A stretch of 53,778 nucleotides of DNA from a virus (IMGVR_UViG_3300017779_003527:1-53778); one strand, 5' to 3'; positions 8,025 through 16,797 are shown, counted from the stretch's first letter. The notes: generated by a model from the letters alone, not told the origin. Translations and numbers: made by a program.

Positions 8025-8041
8025 TTGAACTACATTATATT

Positions 8042-9319
8042 ATGAAAAGACTTTTTAATTTTAGTGTAAAGTGGGAGCCACTGTTAAAACTTGCCGGCGA
8101 GCCTACTAATGATATGTGTGCTGGTAGTGCAAATCAAAAACCAGAAAAAGTTGCTGATGATTATGATGTGTTTATATATAGAACACCATGGCATCAAAAA
8201 GTCATGAGATACTGCAGACACCACAAAGCAACTCTTATGAAAAATTGTGTGTGTGGTTGTAGAGCTGGGTTGGGAGATAAGGGTCTACTTAAACTAATAA
8301 GAAATAAAGACTGGTTCCCTCCAACATATTTTGAACATGAAGAGTGTGGTGATATATTAAACGACAAAGAACTATACTTTCAAAAACATTACAAATTAGA
8401 AGCTGGAACAGGAATAAGTATACTTCCAGGAAACCGTTTACACAACCGTTTATCTAAAACCAATAATCTTGTGCCACCCAGAAAGCTGCTTCAACGAAAC
8501 ATAGATCCGCATTTATTTGATATTGATTATAATGGATCACATCCAGACTTTATTGATAAAGATTTCTTTAAAGATAAAAAATATTCAATAAGAATATGGG
8601 CGCTTGTTAGTGATCAGGGTGACGTAGCAGTAATGAAAGATTATCATTATAAGTTTGCTCTGTTTAAGCATAAAACAAGAGATGAAATAATGGATACATC
8701 TAGCAGACTTGGTCATTGGATAAAGCCTGGTTGGTTTCATTTAACAAACTCTACTCACACAAGAGATATTAAAATGAGGTACAAATCTTATGATGATCTG
8801 GACCCTAGTGAAAAATTTGAAGAAATAGAAGAGTGGTGGCACGATCCTTTAGCCAATTTAAAGGCTCAACATAGCTTTATGAGATTAAATGATGATCCAA
8901 AATTCTTTGAAAATTATAATGAAATATATCCTAAAATGTGTCAATATATAAAAGAATACCTAGACGAAATAATACCTTATCAAAAAGTGCCAAAATGTCT
9001 TGAGGGTAGAACGTGGACAACATTTGGTATGGATTTTATGTTTGATAAGAATAAAAAAATGTATTTTTTAGAGGCAAATTTATGCCCAGGATATAAATTG
9101 TTTAAGCCAAGCGATACTTTATATATAGAATGGTGGAACAATGTGTCTGATTTAATTAGAAAAGATGATAGTTCTATGTGGACAATGATGAAAAGTAAAA
9201 GTAAAATGACAATAACTAAACAGGTCGATAACAAATACGAATATGAAGACGATGCAAGAACTTCTGACTTTGAACTCTTGAGAAGCGAGTGTTGTTATCC
9301 AGGATCAAAACCCTATTAG
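8042..9319 (+). CDS. tubulin-tyrosine-ligase (TTL)-family ATP-grasp protein
   Basis: LLQRNIDPHL, KYSIRIWALV (cf. KFDLRIYVLV), HLTNS, FGMDFMFD...YFLEANLCP (cf. FGxDFxLD..PWLLEVNxxP); start reassigned to ATG 8042. Confidence 0.8.
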   Translation: MKRLFNFSVKWEPLLKLAGEPTNDMCAGSANQKPEKVADDYDVFIYRTPWHQKVMRYCRHHKATLMKNCVCGCRAGLGDKGLLKLIRNKDWFPPTYFEHEECGDILNDKELYFQKHYKLEAGTGISILPGNRLHNRLSKTNNLVPPRKLLQRNIDPHLFDIDYNGSHPDFIDKDFFKDKKYSIRIWALVSDQGDVAVMKDYHYKFALFKHKTRDEIMDTSSRLGHWIKPGWFHLTNSTHTRDIKMRYKSYDDLDPSEKFEEIEEWWHDPLANLKAQHSFMRLNDDPKFFENYNEIYPKMCQYIKEYLDEIIPYQKVPKCLEGRTWTTFGMDFMFDKNKKMYFLEANLCPGYKLFKPSDTLYIEWWNNVSDLIRKDDSSMWTMMKSKSKMTITKQVDNKYEYEDDARTSDFELLRSECCYPGSKPY

Positions 9320-9327
9320 GAAAAATT

Positions 9328-9489
9328 ATGACAAATTGGTTATACAATAAACTAGTGCCACATGCTTTAAGGTTTAGAGAGTGGTCTAAAGATAAACTAT
9401 GGGTTAAAATACCACTAGGACTCTTAATCCTATGGATGATGGGGATATTTAATCCCTATTGGTGTGTTTATCCGGTATGTTGGATATAA
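9328..9489 (+). CDS. small membrane protein
   Basis: AGGA RBS before ATG 9328; one TM helix; C-terminal WCVYPVCWI. Confidence 0.6.
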   Translation: MTNWLYNKLVPHALRFREWSKDKLWVKIPLGLLILWMMGIFNPYWCVYPVCWI

Positions 9490-9492
9490 ATT

Positions 9493-11298
9493 ATGACTAA
9501 GTGGTGGAGTGTATTAATAACTATAATGCTATTGGCATCTGTCAAAGTATGGAATCCTGATCCAATAAAATCTTTAAGGTTTATCCAATACGATTACTTC
9601 CAACAGACGCAAGAACAAGTACAATCAGAAGACATAGTACTTATTAACATAGACGAAAAAGCAATTCAAAAAGAAGGACAGTATCCTTGGCCCAGAGAAA
9701 TAATGGCAAAGTATATGAACGAAGGACCTGGCAATTCTTTATATGTTCTAAACATGATATATTCAGAGCCAGATAGATTTGGTGGTGATCATGAATTCAT
9801 GCAAGCGATTGCAAACAAAGCAACAGTATTAACATCAGCACCAACCAATCAATTATCAGATGGAGTTGGAGCTCATGTTGGTGTAGGTACATTTGGAAAA
9901 GATCCTAAAGGATGGTTATATGAATATCCAGGATTATTATATCCTATTGATATACTCGGTAACTGGGCAATGGGAGTTGGAGCTGCAGCAAGTATTCCAG
10001 ACCAGCCAACAGGCGTTGTGCGAAGAGCTCCTCTTATCATTAGAGCAAATGATACTCAGTACCCTGGACTTGCGCTCGATACACTTAGAGTATTTACTGG
10101 AGAACCAAGCTATAATGTTAAAGTTGGAGACAATGGAGTAGAGTGGGTTAGGATTGGAAAACTAGATCCAATAACCACAGACAGCTTTGGCCAAATCCCA
10201 ATTGCATTTTGGAATAAATTTCAATCACAATCTATACTAGATGATATACCTCAAGGCAAAGTATTAGTATTTGGAATTACAGCTGAAGGATATTCTAATC
10301 CAGTTGCAACATCAATGGGACCAATGTATCCCCACGAAGTTCAAGCACATCTAATTCAGACCGCCCTTTCAGGTATTCAAATAGTCGAACCCGACTGGAG
10401 TGCAATAGCCGAGCTCGCTCTTCTGGTGAGCATATGTTTAGGAATTCTTCTAGCGGTCTATACTCTTCCCACAGTTGCTGCGGGGTTAGTGTCTGTTGGT
10501 ATGATTGGCGCCTCGATTGGAGTGTCGTGGTACTTATGGACGACCTTAATCTTCTTAGATGCATCCTTCGCTTTGCTTTGTTCAATAGTGGTATTTGCGC
10601 AGAGCTCGTTTAACAAATATTATACTACCTACAAGTTAAAAGAGCAGATTAAAAAACAATTTCAAACGTATTTATCACCCGACATGGTTAGGATGTTACA
10701 AGACGATCCAACACTATTAAAGCTGGGTGGTGAGAGAAGAGAGATGAGTTTTATGTTCATGGACATATGTGGATTCACACCCATATCGGAGCATTATAAA
10801 AACAATGATGACCCTGAGGGACTTGTAGAGTTAGTTAATAAATTCTTAGATTTGCAGACGAAGATAATTCTAAATAATAATGGAACAGTTGACAAGTACA
10901 TGGGCGATTGTATTATGGCATTCTGGAATGCACCATTGCCTTGTGACAACCATGCTGATATGGCTGTCAAGACTTCAATTGAAATAATAGAAGCAACCAA
11001 GAAACTTAATGAAGAACTTAAACCACTCAATCTCCCTCCTATTAATGTTGGCATTGGTGTCAATACCGGGGACTGCATTGTCGGAAACATGGGGTCAGAA
11101 GTTAGATTTGACTATTCCGTCATTGGAGATGCAGTCAACCTCGCAGCTAGACTTGAAAGCCAAACAAGGAATTATGAAGGGGTGGATCTGTTGCTATCAT
11201 CCTTCACTCGTGACGCAAGTACAGAAAGAACATTCACAGAAGTTGATTGCATTACAGTTAAAGGAAAAACAGAACCGGTTACAATTTATACATACTGA
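9493..11298 (+). CDS. CHASE2-domain class III adenylate cyclase
   Basis: N-terminal TM; CHASE2 (IVLINIDEKAI...GQYPWPRE, EPDR); three TM helices; catalytic FMDICGFT, DKYMGDCIM, GIGVNTG..IVGNMGS..RFDYSVIGDAVNLAARLE, VKGK. Confidence 0.95.
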   Translation: MTKWWSVLITIMLLASVKVWNPDPIKSLRFIQYDYFQQTQEQVQSEDIVLINIDEKAIQKEGQYPWPREIMAKYMNEGPGNSLYVLNMIYSEPDRFGGDHEFMQAIANKATVLTSAPTNQLSDGVGAHVGVGTFGKDPKGWLYEYPGLLYPIDILGNWAMGVGAAASIPDQPTGVVRRAPLIIRANDTQYPGLALDTLRVFTGEPSYNVKVGDNGVEWVRIGKLDPITTDSFGQIPIAFWNKFQSQSILDDIPQGKVLVFGITAEGYSNPVATSMGPMYPHEVQAHLIQTALSGIQIVEPDWSAIAELALLVSICLGILLAVYTLPTVAAGLVSVGMIGASIGVSWYLWTTLIFLDASFALLCSIVVFAQSSFNKYYTTYKLKEQIKKQFQTYLSPDMVRMLQDDPTLLKLGGERREMSFMFMDICGFTPISEHYKNNDDPEGLVELVNKFLDLQTKIILNNNGTVDKYMGDCIMAFWNAPLPCDNHADMAVKTSIEIIEATKKLNEELKPLNLPPINVGIGVNTGDCIVGNMGSEVRFDYSVIGDAVNLAARLESQTRNYEGVDLLLSSFTRDASTERTFTEVDCITVKGKTEPVTIYTY

Positions 11299-11602
11299 AC
11301 CAATAACAAACTATCAAGTAGCAACACTTATTGCTCTTCAAACATTAGATGTGTATACGACATACCGAGGTCTTAAATATGATTGTGTCAGAGAAATCAA
11401 TCCCCTAATGGGTGAAAGTCCATCAGTAGGAAAAATGTTATTTACAAAGGCAGCAATCCTTACACCAGCGCTGCAATATGATTATAATAATGGATCTCTG
11501 TCCCCAAAAATAATGAATGATATGAATTTTTTAATGTCTATAGTAGTTGCAAATAATTATCATGTCTTGCAAGATGCTAAAAGATATTGTGTAAAAAAAT
11601 AA
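11009..11602 (+). CDS. predicted exported/membrane protein (DUF5658-like C-terminus) overlapping the cyclase in the +1 frame
   Basis: Signal-peptide-like N-terminus; LQTLDVYTTYRGL...REINPLMG motif; no plausible start after the cyclase stop. Confidence 0.6.
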   Translation: MKNLNHSISLLLMLALVSIPGTALSETWGQKLDLTIPSLEMQSTSQLDLKAKQGIMKGWICCYHPSLVTQVQKEHSQKLIALQLKEKQNRLQFIHTEPITNYQVATLIALQTLDVYTTYRGLKYDCVREINPLMGESPSVGKMLFTKAAILTPALQYDYNNGSLSPKIMNDMNFLMSIVVANNYHVLQDAKRYCVKK

Positions 11603-11617
11603 CTAGGAGTTTAAATA

Positions 11618-12259
11618 ATGAAATTAAGATTGAGTAAAAACAGACTTAACCCTCATAAAAATTGGAAAAAGGCAATACCAGACAGTGAACTATCTAAGTT
11701 TACTGCAGGAGAGCTAGCATTGTTTGATCAAAACGGTTATGACTTAACTGTAGTAGAAAGAGCATTTGCAGCTGCTAATGGTTATGTTGTTCAAGCTCAT
11801 AGAGACAAATTTACATGCAAGACCCCATGGTTTAGAGATCTTGATGCTAAAACATATGGACCTCATTTAAACCATGCAGATTTATATTTTAGACATGGGT
11901 TTGCAGGAGCAGCACTTAAACAGCTAGAAGAAAGATCCAAAGTGCATCCTATTTTTCATAAGTTTACTCAAATGAGACCAAAATGGGGTATTGATATTAG
12001 TGTCGATTATGCTGACTTTGATGGTAATGTATTTGAATTGTTACACTTTGAATGGGACGGGTTTGATCTTATACAAGTTACTGAACAAAAATTAAAAGTT
12101 GAAAAAATAGTTAAAGGAATAGACTTTGATGCAAAGGCTCAAGAGATGCTTGACAGGAAAGAAGAGTGGCATCATTTAGACTTCTTTGGTCAGTCAGATT
12201 GGAAGCAAGCGTTCTGGGGATTACCAAAAGAGAATTTTAAAGAAGTAATTTGGCGTTGA
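11618..12259 (+). CDS. hypothetical phage protein
   Basis: AGGAG RBS, 213-aa ORF. Confidence 0.75.
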   Translation: MKLRLSKNRLNPHKNWKKAIPDSELSKFTAGELALFDQNGYDLTVVERAFAAANGYVVQAHRDKFTCKTPWFRDLDAKTYGPHLNHADLYFRHGFAGAALKQLEERSKVHPIFHKFTQMRPKWGIDISVDYADFDGNVFELLHFEWDGFDLIQVTEQKLKVEKIVKGIDFDAKAQEMLDRKEEWHHLDFFGQSDWKQAFWGLPKENFKEVIWR

Positions 12260-12284
12260 CTTTTAACCGAAACTTTAGTATAAT
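12256..12284 (+). promoter_or_regulatory. sigma70-type (early) promoter
   Basis: TTGACT-N17-TATAAT. Confidence 0.85.
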
Positions 12285-12306
12285 GTCCCATGTAAGGAGA
12301 TAAATT

Positions 12307-12900
12307 ATGATAAAGAAAAAAGTTATAGTCACAGATGTCGATGGCGTACTACTCAATTGGGAAGACGCGTTTCAGATATGGATGGAACATCAAGGCTTTG
12401 AAAAAGTAAAAAAACATAAGTTCATTTATAATGCAGCAGAGCAATTTGGTCTTGATAAAGCAGAGGGTAAAAAGTGGGTTAGGTTATTTAACCAGTCAGC
12501 CGCTATTGGTTTCTTACCACCTTTAAGAGATGCACAAGAAATTGTATCACTACTAGCTAATAATTATGGATACAGATTTGTAGTATGTACGAGTCTATCT
12601 AAAGACAAAGCAGCACAGGATTTGAGAACCAGAAACCTCAAAAAATACTTTGGTGATGTTTTTGATGATTTTGTATATCTTGATACAGGAGCAGATAAAG
12701 ATGAGGCTCTATATAAGTTAGGTAAAAAATACAGAGGCTGTTTGTGGGTAGAAGATAAAGTAGAAAATGCTATTGCAGGAGCTAAGGTAGACTTTGAACC
12801 TGTAGTAATGGAACATGGCTACAATATGAATGAAGAGCACGATTGCTTCGTAGCTAGAAATTGGGAAGATATTTACTTACATATTATTAAAAGGAAATAA
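12307..12900 (+). CDS. HAD-superfamily phosphatase (T4 gp30.2-like)
   Basis: VTDVDGVLLNW motif I and WVEDK motif IV. Confidence 0.85.
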   Translation: MIKKKVIVTDVDGVLLNWEDAFQIWMEHQGFEKVKKHKFIYNAAEQFGLDKAEGKKWVRLFNQSAAIGFLPPLRDAQEIVSLLANNYGYRFVVCTSLSKDKAAQDLRTRNLKKYFGDVFDDFVYLDTGADKDEALYKLGKKYRGCLWVEDKVENAIAGAKVDFEPVVMEHGYNMNEEHDCFVARNWEDIYLHIIKRK

Positions 12901-12903
12901 ATT

Positions 12904-13362
12904 ATGTTTTGTTATGTTACTGGAACAAAGGGTGGACCTGTTGGTAAAAAATTAGAGCTATCTCTGGAAAGTATATTCCAAGTTTGCGTTAATGAGCTAG
13001 ATATTGGAAGATTTAAGGGGATGGTTCATATAAAATACCCTAAAAAGAAAGGTCTAATAGAAAACAGTTATCATGGTCTTTGTGTAATGGATATAGTTGA
13101 TACAGAAGAACATGGTAAGGTTTGGTGGTCTACAATTGATCTAGCAAATACAAAAAGTTTTAAGGAAGTCGTTTCTACATTATGCCATGAGATGGTTCAT
13201 GTAAAACAATTTCTTAGAAAAGAGCTATCATTAGATGGCATGCATTGGAAAGGCGAGGAGATGAAGAAGTTAGATGATCCTTTTGAACCGCCTTCTGAAA
13301 TAGAGGCATATGCACGAGAGAAAGTATTATTTCAAAAGTGTGTTGACCTTAAATTAGTATAG
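12904..13362 (+). CDS. zincin-like metalloprotein
   Basis: TLCHEMVHVKQF (HExxH) and downstream P.EIEAY. Confidence 0.75.
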   Translation: MFCYVTGTKGGPVGKKLELSLESIFQVCVNELDIGRFKGMVHIKYPKKKGLIENSYHGLCVMDIVDTEEHGKVWWSTIDLANTKSFKEVVSTLCHEMVHVKQFLRKELSLDGMHWKGEEMKKLDDPFEPPSEIEAYAREKVLFQKCVDLKLV

Positions 13363-13371
13363 TGGTATAAT
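13343..13371 (+). promoter_or_regulatory. sigma70-type (early) promoter
   Basis: TTGACC-N17-TATAAT with extended -10 TG. Confidence 0.85.
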
Positions 13372-13401
13372 ATCGCTACTTTTATATTATAGGAGAAAGA
13401 A

Positions 13402-13638
13402 ATGGCAGATAAAGAATTTGCAAATATAGATAAACAAGTCTTTGCTATTGCTGGACTGTTAGATGCTCAATTGAGACTAGCTGGTTTATCAGCAGGAGAG
13501 TTTTCAGAATTAGAAACTGACTACTTAAAGAATTGGTTAAACAAAGAAAAAGATCCTTTGCTTGGCACTATCGTTGCTCAACTTGTAGGACTCAGAGAAG
13601 TTAGCTCTGGAGAAACTGGTGCACCGGATGATAGCTAA
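13402..13638 (+). CDS. small acidic hypothetical protein
   Basis: Strong AGGAG RBS directly after the early promoter. Confidence 0.75.
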   Translation: MADKEFANIDKQVFAIAGLLDAQLRLAGLSAGEFSELETDYLKNWLNKEKDPLLGTIVAQLVGLREVSSGETGAPDDS

Positions 13639-14161
13639 AGGAGATAAATTTCCATTATTTAACTATGCTGACAGGAAAGCTGGTGAATGGATTAAGATAG
13701 ATTTTAACAAAGAAATACAAGGACAAAAAGTTCTTATCTTTGGTCTACCTGGTGCATTTACTCCAACATGCTCTTCTAAGCAATTACCAGGATTTGAAAA
13801 ACTTTTTAGTAAGTTTAAAGAACTAGGAGTTGATAACATCTATTGTACTACGGTAAATGATCCCTTTGTAATGAATGCTTGGTTTGATAAGCATGATATT
13901 GAAAATGTAAGATCACTGCCTGATGGAAATGGAGACTTATGTCAGAAATTTGGAATGAATTGTCAGAAGAGAAACGTAAACTTTGGTATGCGTTCTTGGA
14001 GATATGCAATGCTCGTTGATGGAGACACGCAAACAGTTATTAATGTATTTGCAGAACCTGAAATGAGAGATAATGCAGATGACGATTCATATATTGCTTC
14101 AACACCTGAAGCAGTTTTAAAATGGATGCAACAGAATCCTGAATGGTACTTTCAGAAGTAA
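13628..14161 (+). CDS. peroxiredoxin (Prx5/PRX5-like)
   Basis: GLPGAFTPTCSSKQLPGF, VNDPFVMNAW, PDGNG, GMRSWRYAMLV. Confidence 0.93.
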   Translation: MIAKGDKFPLFNYADRKAGEWIKIDFNKEIQGQKVLIFGLPGAFTPTCSSKQLPGFEKLFSKFKELGVDNIYCTTVNDPFVMNAWFDKHDIENVRSLPDGNGDLCQKFGMNCQKRNVNFGMRSWRYAMLVDGDTQTVINVFAEPEMRDNADDDSYIASTPEAVLKWMQQNPEWYFQK

Positions 14162-14592
14162 GTAGACGAGAAGTCAGCTGGGAAGAATATGATGAGATGG
14201 TTCAATCAATCATCTCTCAACTCGGCAAATGGAAACCAGATGCAATAATAGGATTGACAAGAGGAGGATTAATTCCTGCTGTCAATCTTTCGCATTATTA
14301 CGATTGTAAACTTTATACACTAAACATCTCTCTCAGAGATGGTAAAGCCCCTAAGTCTAAATTTAAGTGGCAAGATGTTTACAAATACAACAATTTACTT
14401 ATAGTTGATGATATAAACGATTCTGGTCGCACATTGCGTGAAGTCCACAATCAATTTTATTTAAGGGATATGAAAAACCCTAAATTTGCTACATTATTAA
14501 GTAAGCCTTCATCTCAAATGAAGGTCAACGTGTGTGGAGAGACTATAAATAAAGATAGGGAAGACGATTGGATCGTATTTCCCTGGGAATAA
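14143..14592 (+). CDS. purine phosphoribosyltransferase (type I PRTase)
   Basis: IIGLTRGGLIPA, PRPP-binding LIVDDINDSGRT, C-terminal WIVFPWE. Confidence 0.9.
   Translation: MVLSEVSRREVSWEEYDEMVQSIISQLGKWKPDAIIGLTRGGLIPAVNLSHYYDCKLYTLNISLRDGKAPKSKFKWQDVYKYNNLLIVDDINDSGRTLREVHNQFYLRDMKNPKFATLLSKPSSQMKVNVCGETINKDREDDWIVFPWE
14544..14551 (+). promoter_or_regulatory. T4-type late promoter
   Basis: TATAAATA about 60 nt upstream of ATG 14610. Confidence 0.5.
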
Positions 14593-14609
14593 TAAAAAAC
14601 GGAGATTGT

Positions 14610-14786
14610 ATGTTAGATACAGCAAAAAATTGGATTATGGCCCGTTGGGCAGAAAGAACTACCTGGGATGGTGGTGTAATTATAGGGTTATCCCTATGTT
14701 GGATATTATTAGGTGGACTTATAGACTGGTTAGCTTACGTAGCGCTAGCTTATGGTGTGTATACATTTATTGTATCAGAGAAATAA
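14610..14786 (+). CDS. small two-TM membrane protein (holin-like layout)
   Basis: GGAG RBS; WIMARWAERTTWDG followed by hydrophobic helices. Confidence 0.65.
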   Translation: MLDTAKNWIMARWAERTTWDGGVIIGLSLCWILLGGLIDWLAYVALAYGVYTFIVSEK

Positions 14787-14804
14787 ACCAAAGGGGAAAG
14801 GAAG

Positions 14805-15656
14805 ATGTGGAATCCATTTAAAATTTACAAATATACAATGTCAGTGTTTAATTCAGATAGCGAAGAAAAAAAGGCTGAATTAATTAAAGATGATCATGGG
14901 GAAGCTCGTTTATCAGAAGTACAAGGACTGTACAGAGAGATGATGTTTCCAACCAACTTTACACTTCATAGAAAACTCACATCCAGCCATGCTGGAAGAC
15001 AAGTCCTTTGGGGCTTCGGTTTCAATGATAAAGAGAGAGTTGAACAAAATGTGATTCCAAAACTAGCCGATAGAGATTGGCTGCAAAGTCTTCCTTCCAA
15101 TACTTGGGGAGCTCATTTAGGAAACCTATTTAAAAACTGGGACTTGAATGACCTTTATGACAAAAGATTTTTAGACACTGAAAAAAAAGAAGGGATGATG
15201 GGGTCTACTGATGAGATGAGAGCTAACCTATCAAGACATGGCTTTTTATGGCATGATCTACTTCACGTATTAATGAGATATGATACATCACCTATGGGTG
15301 AAGCATGTATACAAGCTGTAACACATAAGGTAGTCAAACACTTTGCACCAAAGTACGTCGGATTCGTTGTCACATGTAGAATAGCATATAGAACAAAGTC
15401 ATGGACACCTTTTAAAGTTTATAGAGAAGCATTAAGACTCGGAGAAAGAGCAGCTAATAAAGGTTTAATGTTACATGGACATTTAGATTATATTGAATCA
15501 GACATCGCAGAAGTTAGAAAAATGTTTGATGTTGGTGTTCCTGTTGAATATAAAAAGTTTGCAGAAGCACACGCAGAAGATTTTAGACATGACGTTCTAC
15601 ATCCAGAATATAAAGACGTTGCATGGGATACAGCTGTAGAAGAAATATCAGTCTAA
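14805..15656 (+). CDS. Coq4-family protein
   Basis: LQSLPSNTWG and the metal-binding HDLLHVL..YDTSPMGEACIQA (HDxxH-x11-E) signature. Confidence 0.8.
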   Translation: MWNPFKIYKYTMSVFNSDSEEKKAELIKDDHGEARLSEVQGLYREMMFPTNFTLHRKLTSSHAGRQVLWGFGFNDKERVEQNVIPKLADRDWLQSLPSNTWGAHLGNLFKNWDLNDLYDKRFLDTEKKEGMMGSTDEMRANLSRHGFLWHDLLHVLMRYDTSPMGEACIQAVTHKVVKHFAPKYVGFVVTCRIAYRTKSWTPFKVYREALRLGERAANKGLMLHGHLDYIESDIAEVRKMFDVGVPVEYKKFAEAHAEDFRHDVLHPEYKDVAWDTAVEEISV

Positions 15657-15854
15657 ATGAAAATTAGATTATGGTTTTGGAAGTTTCCATTATTAAACTT
15701 TATATTAAGTAAAGGTAAAAAAGCTGCTTGGACAATTTTTTGGATAGGGTTTTTTAAGGTTATGATTATTAATAATATTATAGTTTGGTGGACAGGAACA
15801 GGATATTACTTTCCAATATTCAGATCAATATTCAAATCAATAGGTCTTATATGA
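15657..15854 (+). CDS. small membrane protein
   Basis: Trp/Phe/Ile-rich hydrophobic ORF abutting its neighbours. Confidence 0.55.
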   Translation: MKIRLWFWKFPLLNFILSKGKKAAWTIFWIGFFKVMIINNIIVWWTGTGYYFPIFRSIFKSIGLI

Positions 15855-16021
15855 ATTGTTGGCACTGCGGTACAGAATTAATTTGGGGTGGTGATCACGA
15901 CCTCGAAAAAGATGATAATGAAACATATGACATGGTTACTAATCTAACATGTCCAAATTGTCAGGCATATGTAGAAGTATACATGCCTAGAATAATAGAA
16001 AATAACGAGCATTACAATTAA
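15851..16021 (+). CDS. small zinc-ribbon protein
   Basis: MNCWHCGTELIWGGDHD...LTCPNC; ATGA-coupled start at 15851. Confidence 0.7.
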   Translation: MNCWHCGTELIWGGDHDLEKDDNETYDMVTNLTCPNCQAYVEVYMPRIIENNEHYN

Positions 16022-16449
16022 TGGCATATTCAGCAAAAGTAGTAAAAAGATTTGAAGAGGTTTTAAACAACCCACCAGCACATGGTGTGGGTCGTTTTGA
16101 TCCTAAAGATCCTAATGTAGCAACCGGCATGGCTGGAGCTCCTGCTTGTGGCGATGTAATGAAACTCGATTTAAAAGTTAATCCAGATACTGATATCATT
16201 GAGGATGTCAAGTTTAAAACATATGGGTGTGGTTCTGCTATAGCAAGCTCTACTATGTTTGTTGAGATGCTTAAAGGTCTTACAATGACAGAAGCATTAG
16301 AGATTAAAGATAAGGACATAGCTGAATCATTAGAGCTACCTCCTATCAAATTACACTGTTCTGTTTTGGCAGAAGATTCTATTAAGAAGGCTCTGAGAGA
16401 TTGGGACGAAAAGAAAGCAAAAAGAAAACATAACAATCCACCAGCATGA
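16021..16449 (+). CDS. iscU: Fe-S cluster scaffold IscU
   Basis: GAPACGDVMKL, FKTYGCGSAIASS, LELPPIKLHCSVLAED. Confidence 0.97.
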   Translation: MAYSAKVVKRFEEVLNNPPAHGVGRFDPKDPNVATGMAGAPACGDVMKLDLKVNPDTDIIEDVKFKTYGCGSAIASSTMFVEMLKGLTMTEALEIKDKDIAESLELPPIKLHCSVLAEDSIKKALRDWDEKKAKRKHNNPPA

Positions 16450-16763
16450 TTGATCTAACAGATAGAGCAATCACTCATGTTATGAAAAATTTGAGAGCAG
16501 AAGGTGAATATGTTAGAGTAGGTTTAACACCTGCTGGATGTACAGGATTTGAATACAAAATTGATTGGGACAATGATGTATCAGCTGACGATATTATAAT
16601 TGACTTTGGTAAGTTTGGAGTTGTTGTAGACGTAATGTCAGCACCAATGGTAGAGGGATCTACAATAGATGTTGTTACAGAAGGAATGAATACTACTGTA
16701 AAAATTATAAACCCAAAAGAAACTAATTCATGTGGTTGCGGAGCAAGTGTAAATTTCTCTTGA
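16446..16763 (+). CDS. iscA: A-type Fe-S carrier (IscA/SufA/ErpA)
   Basis: I.LTDRA, GCTGFEY, NP....SCGCGAS. Confidence 0.93.
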   Translation: MIDLTDRAITHVMKNLRAEGEYVRVGLTPAGCTGFEYKIDWDNDVSADDIIIDFGKFGVVVDVMSAPMVEGSTIDVVTEGMNTTVKIINPKETNSCGCGASVNFS

Positions 16764-16788
16764 CCTTTACAAATAAATAATATATAAT
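16760..16788 (+). promoter_or_regulatory. sigma70-type promoter
   Basis: TTGACC-N17-TATAAT. Confidence 0.75.
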
Positions 16789-16797
16789 GGAGTTATT

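Noticed and set aside
7976-8041. Upstream extension of the TTL-like ORF, and similar extended starts at 1700, 9289, 14568, 15785, 22629, 26355 and 35748
   Set aside because: They overlap neighbouring genes or promoters; downstream starts fit RBS, coupling or family N-termini better
9493-11298. Cyclase as a Pycsar/CBASS-type defence enzyme
   Set aside because: The CHASE2 plus TM receptor architecture and adenine-specifying residues fit a signalling adenylate cyclase; there is no adjacent cNMP-binding effector
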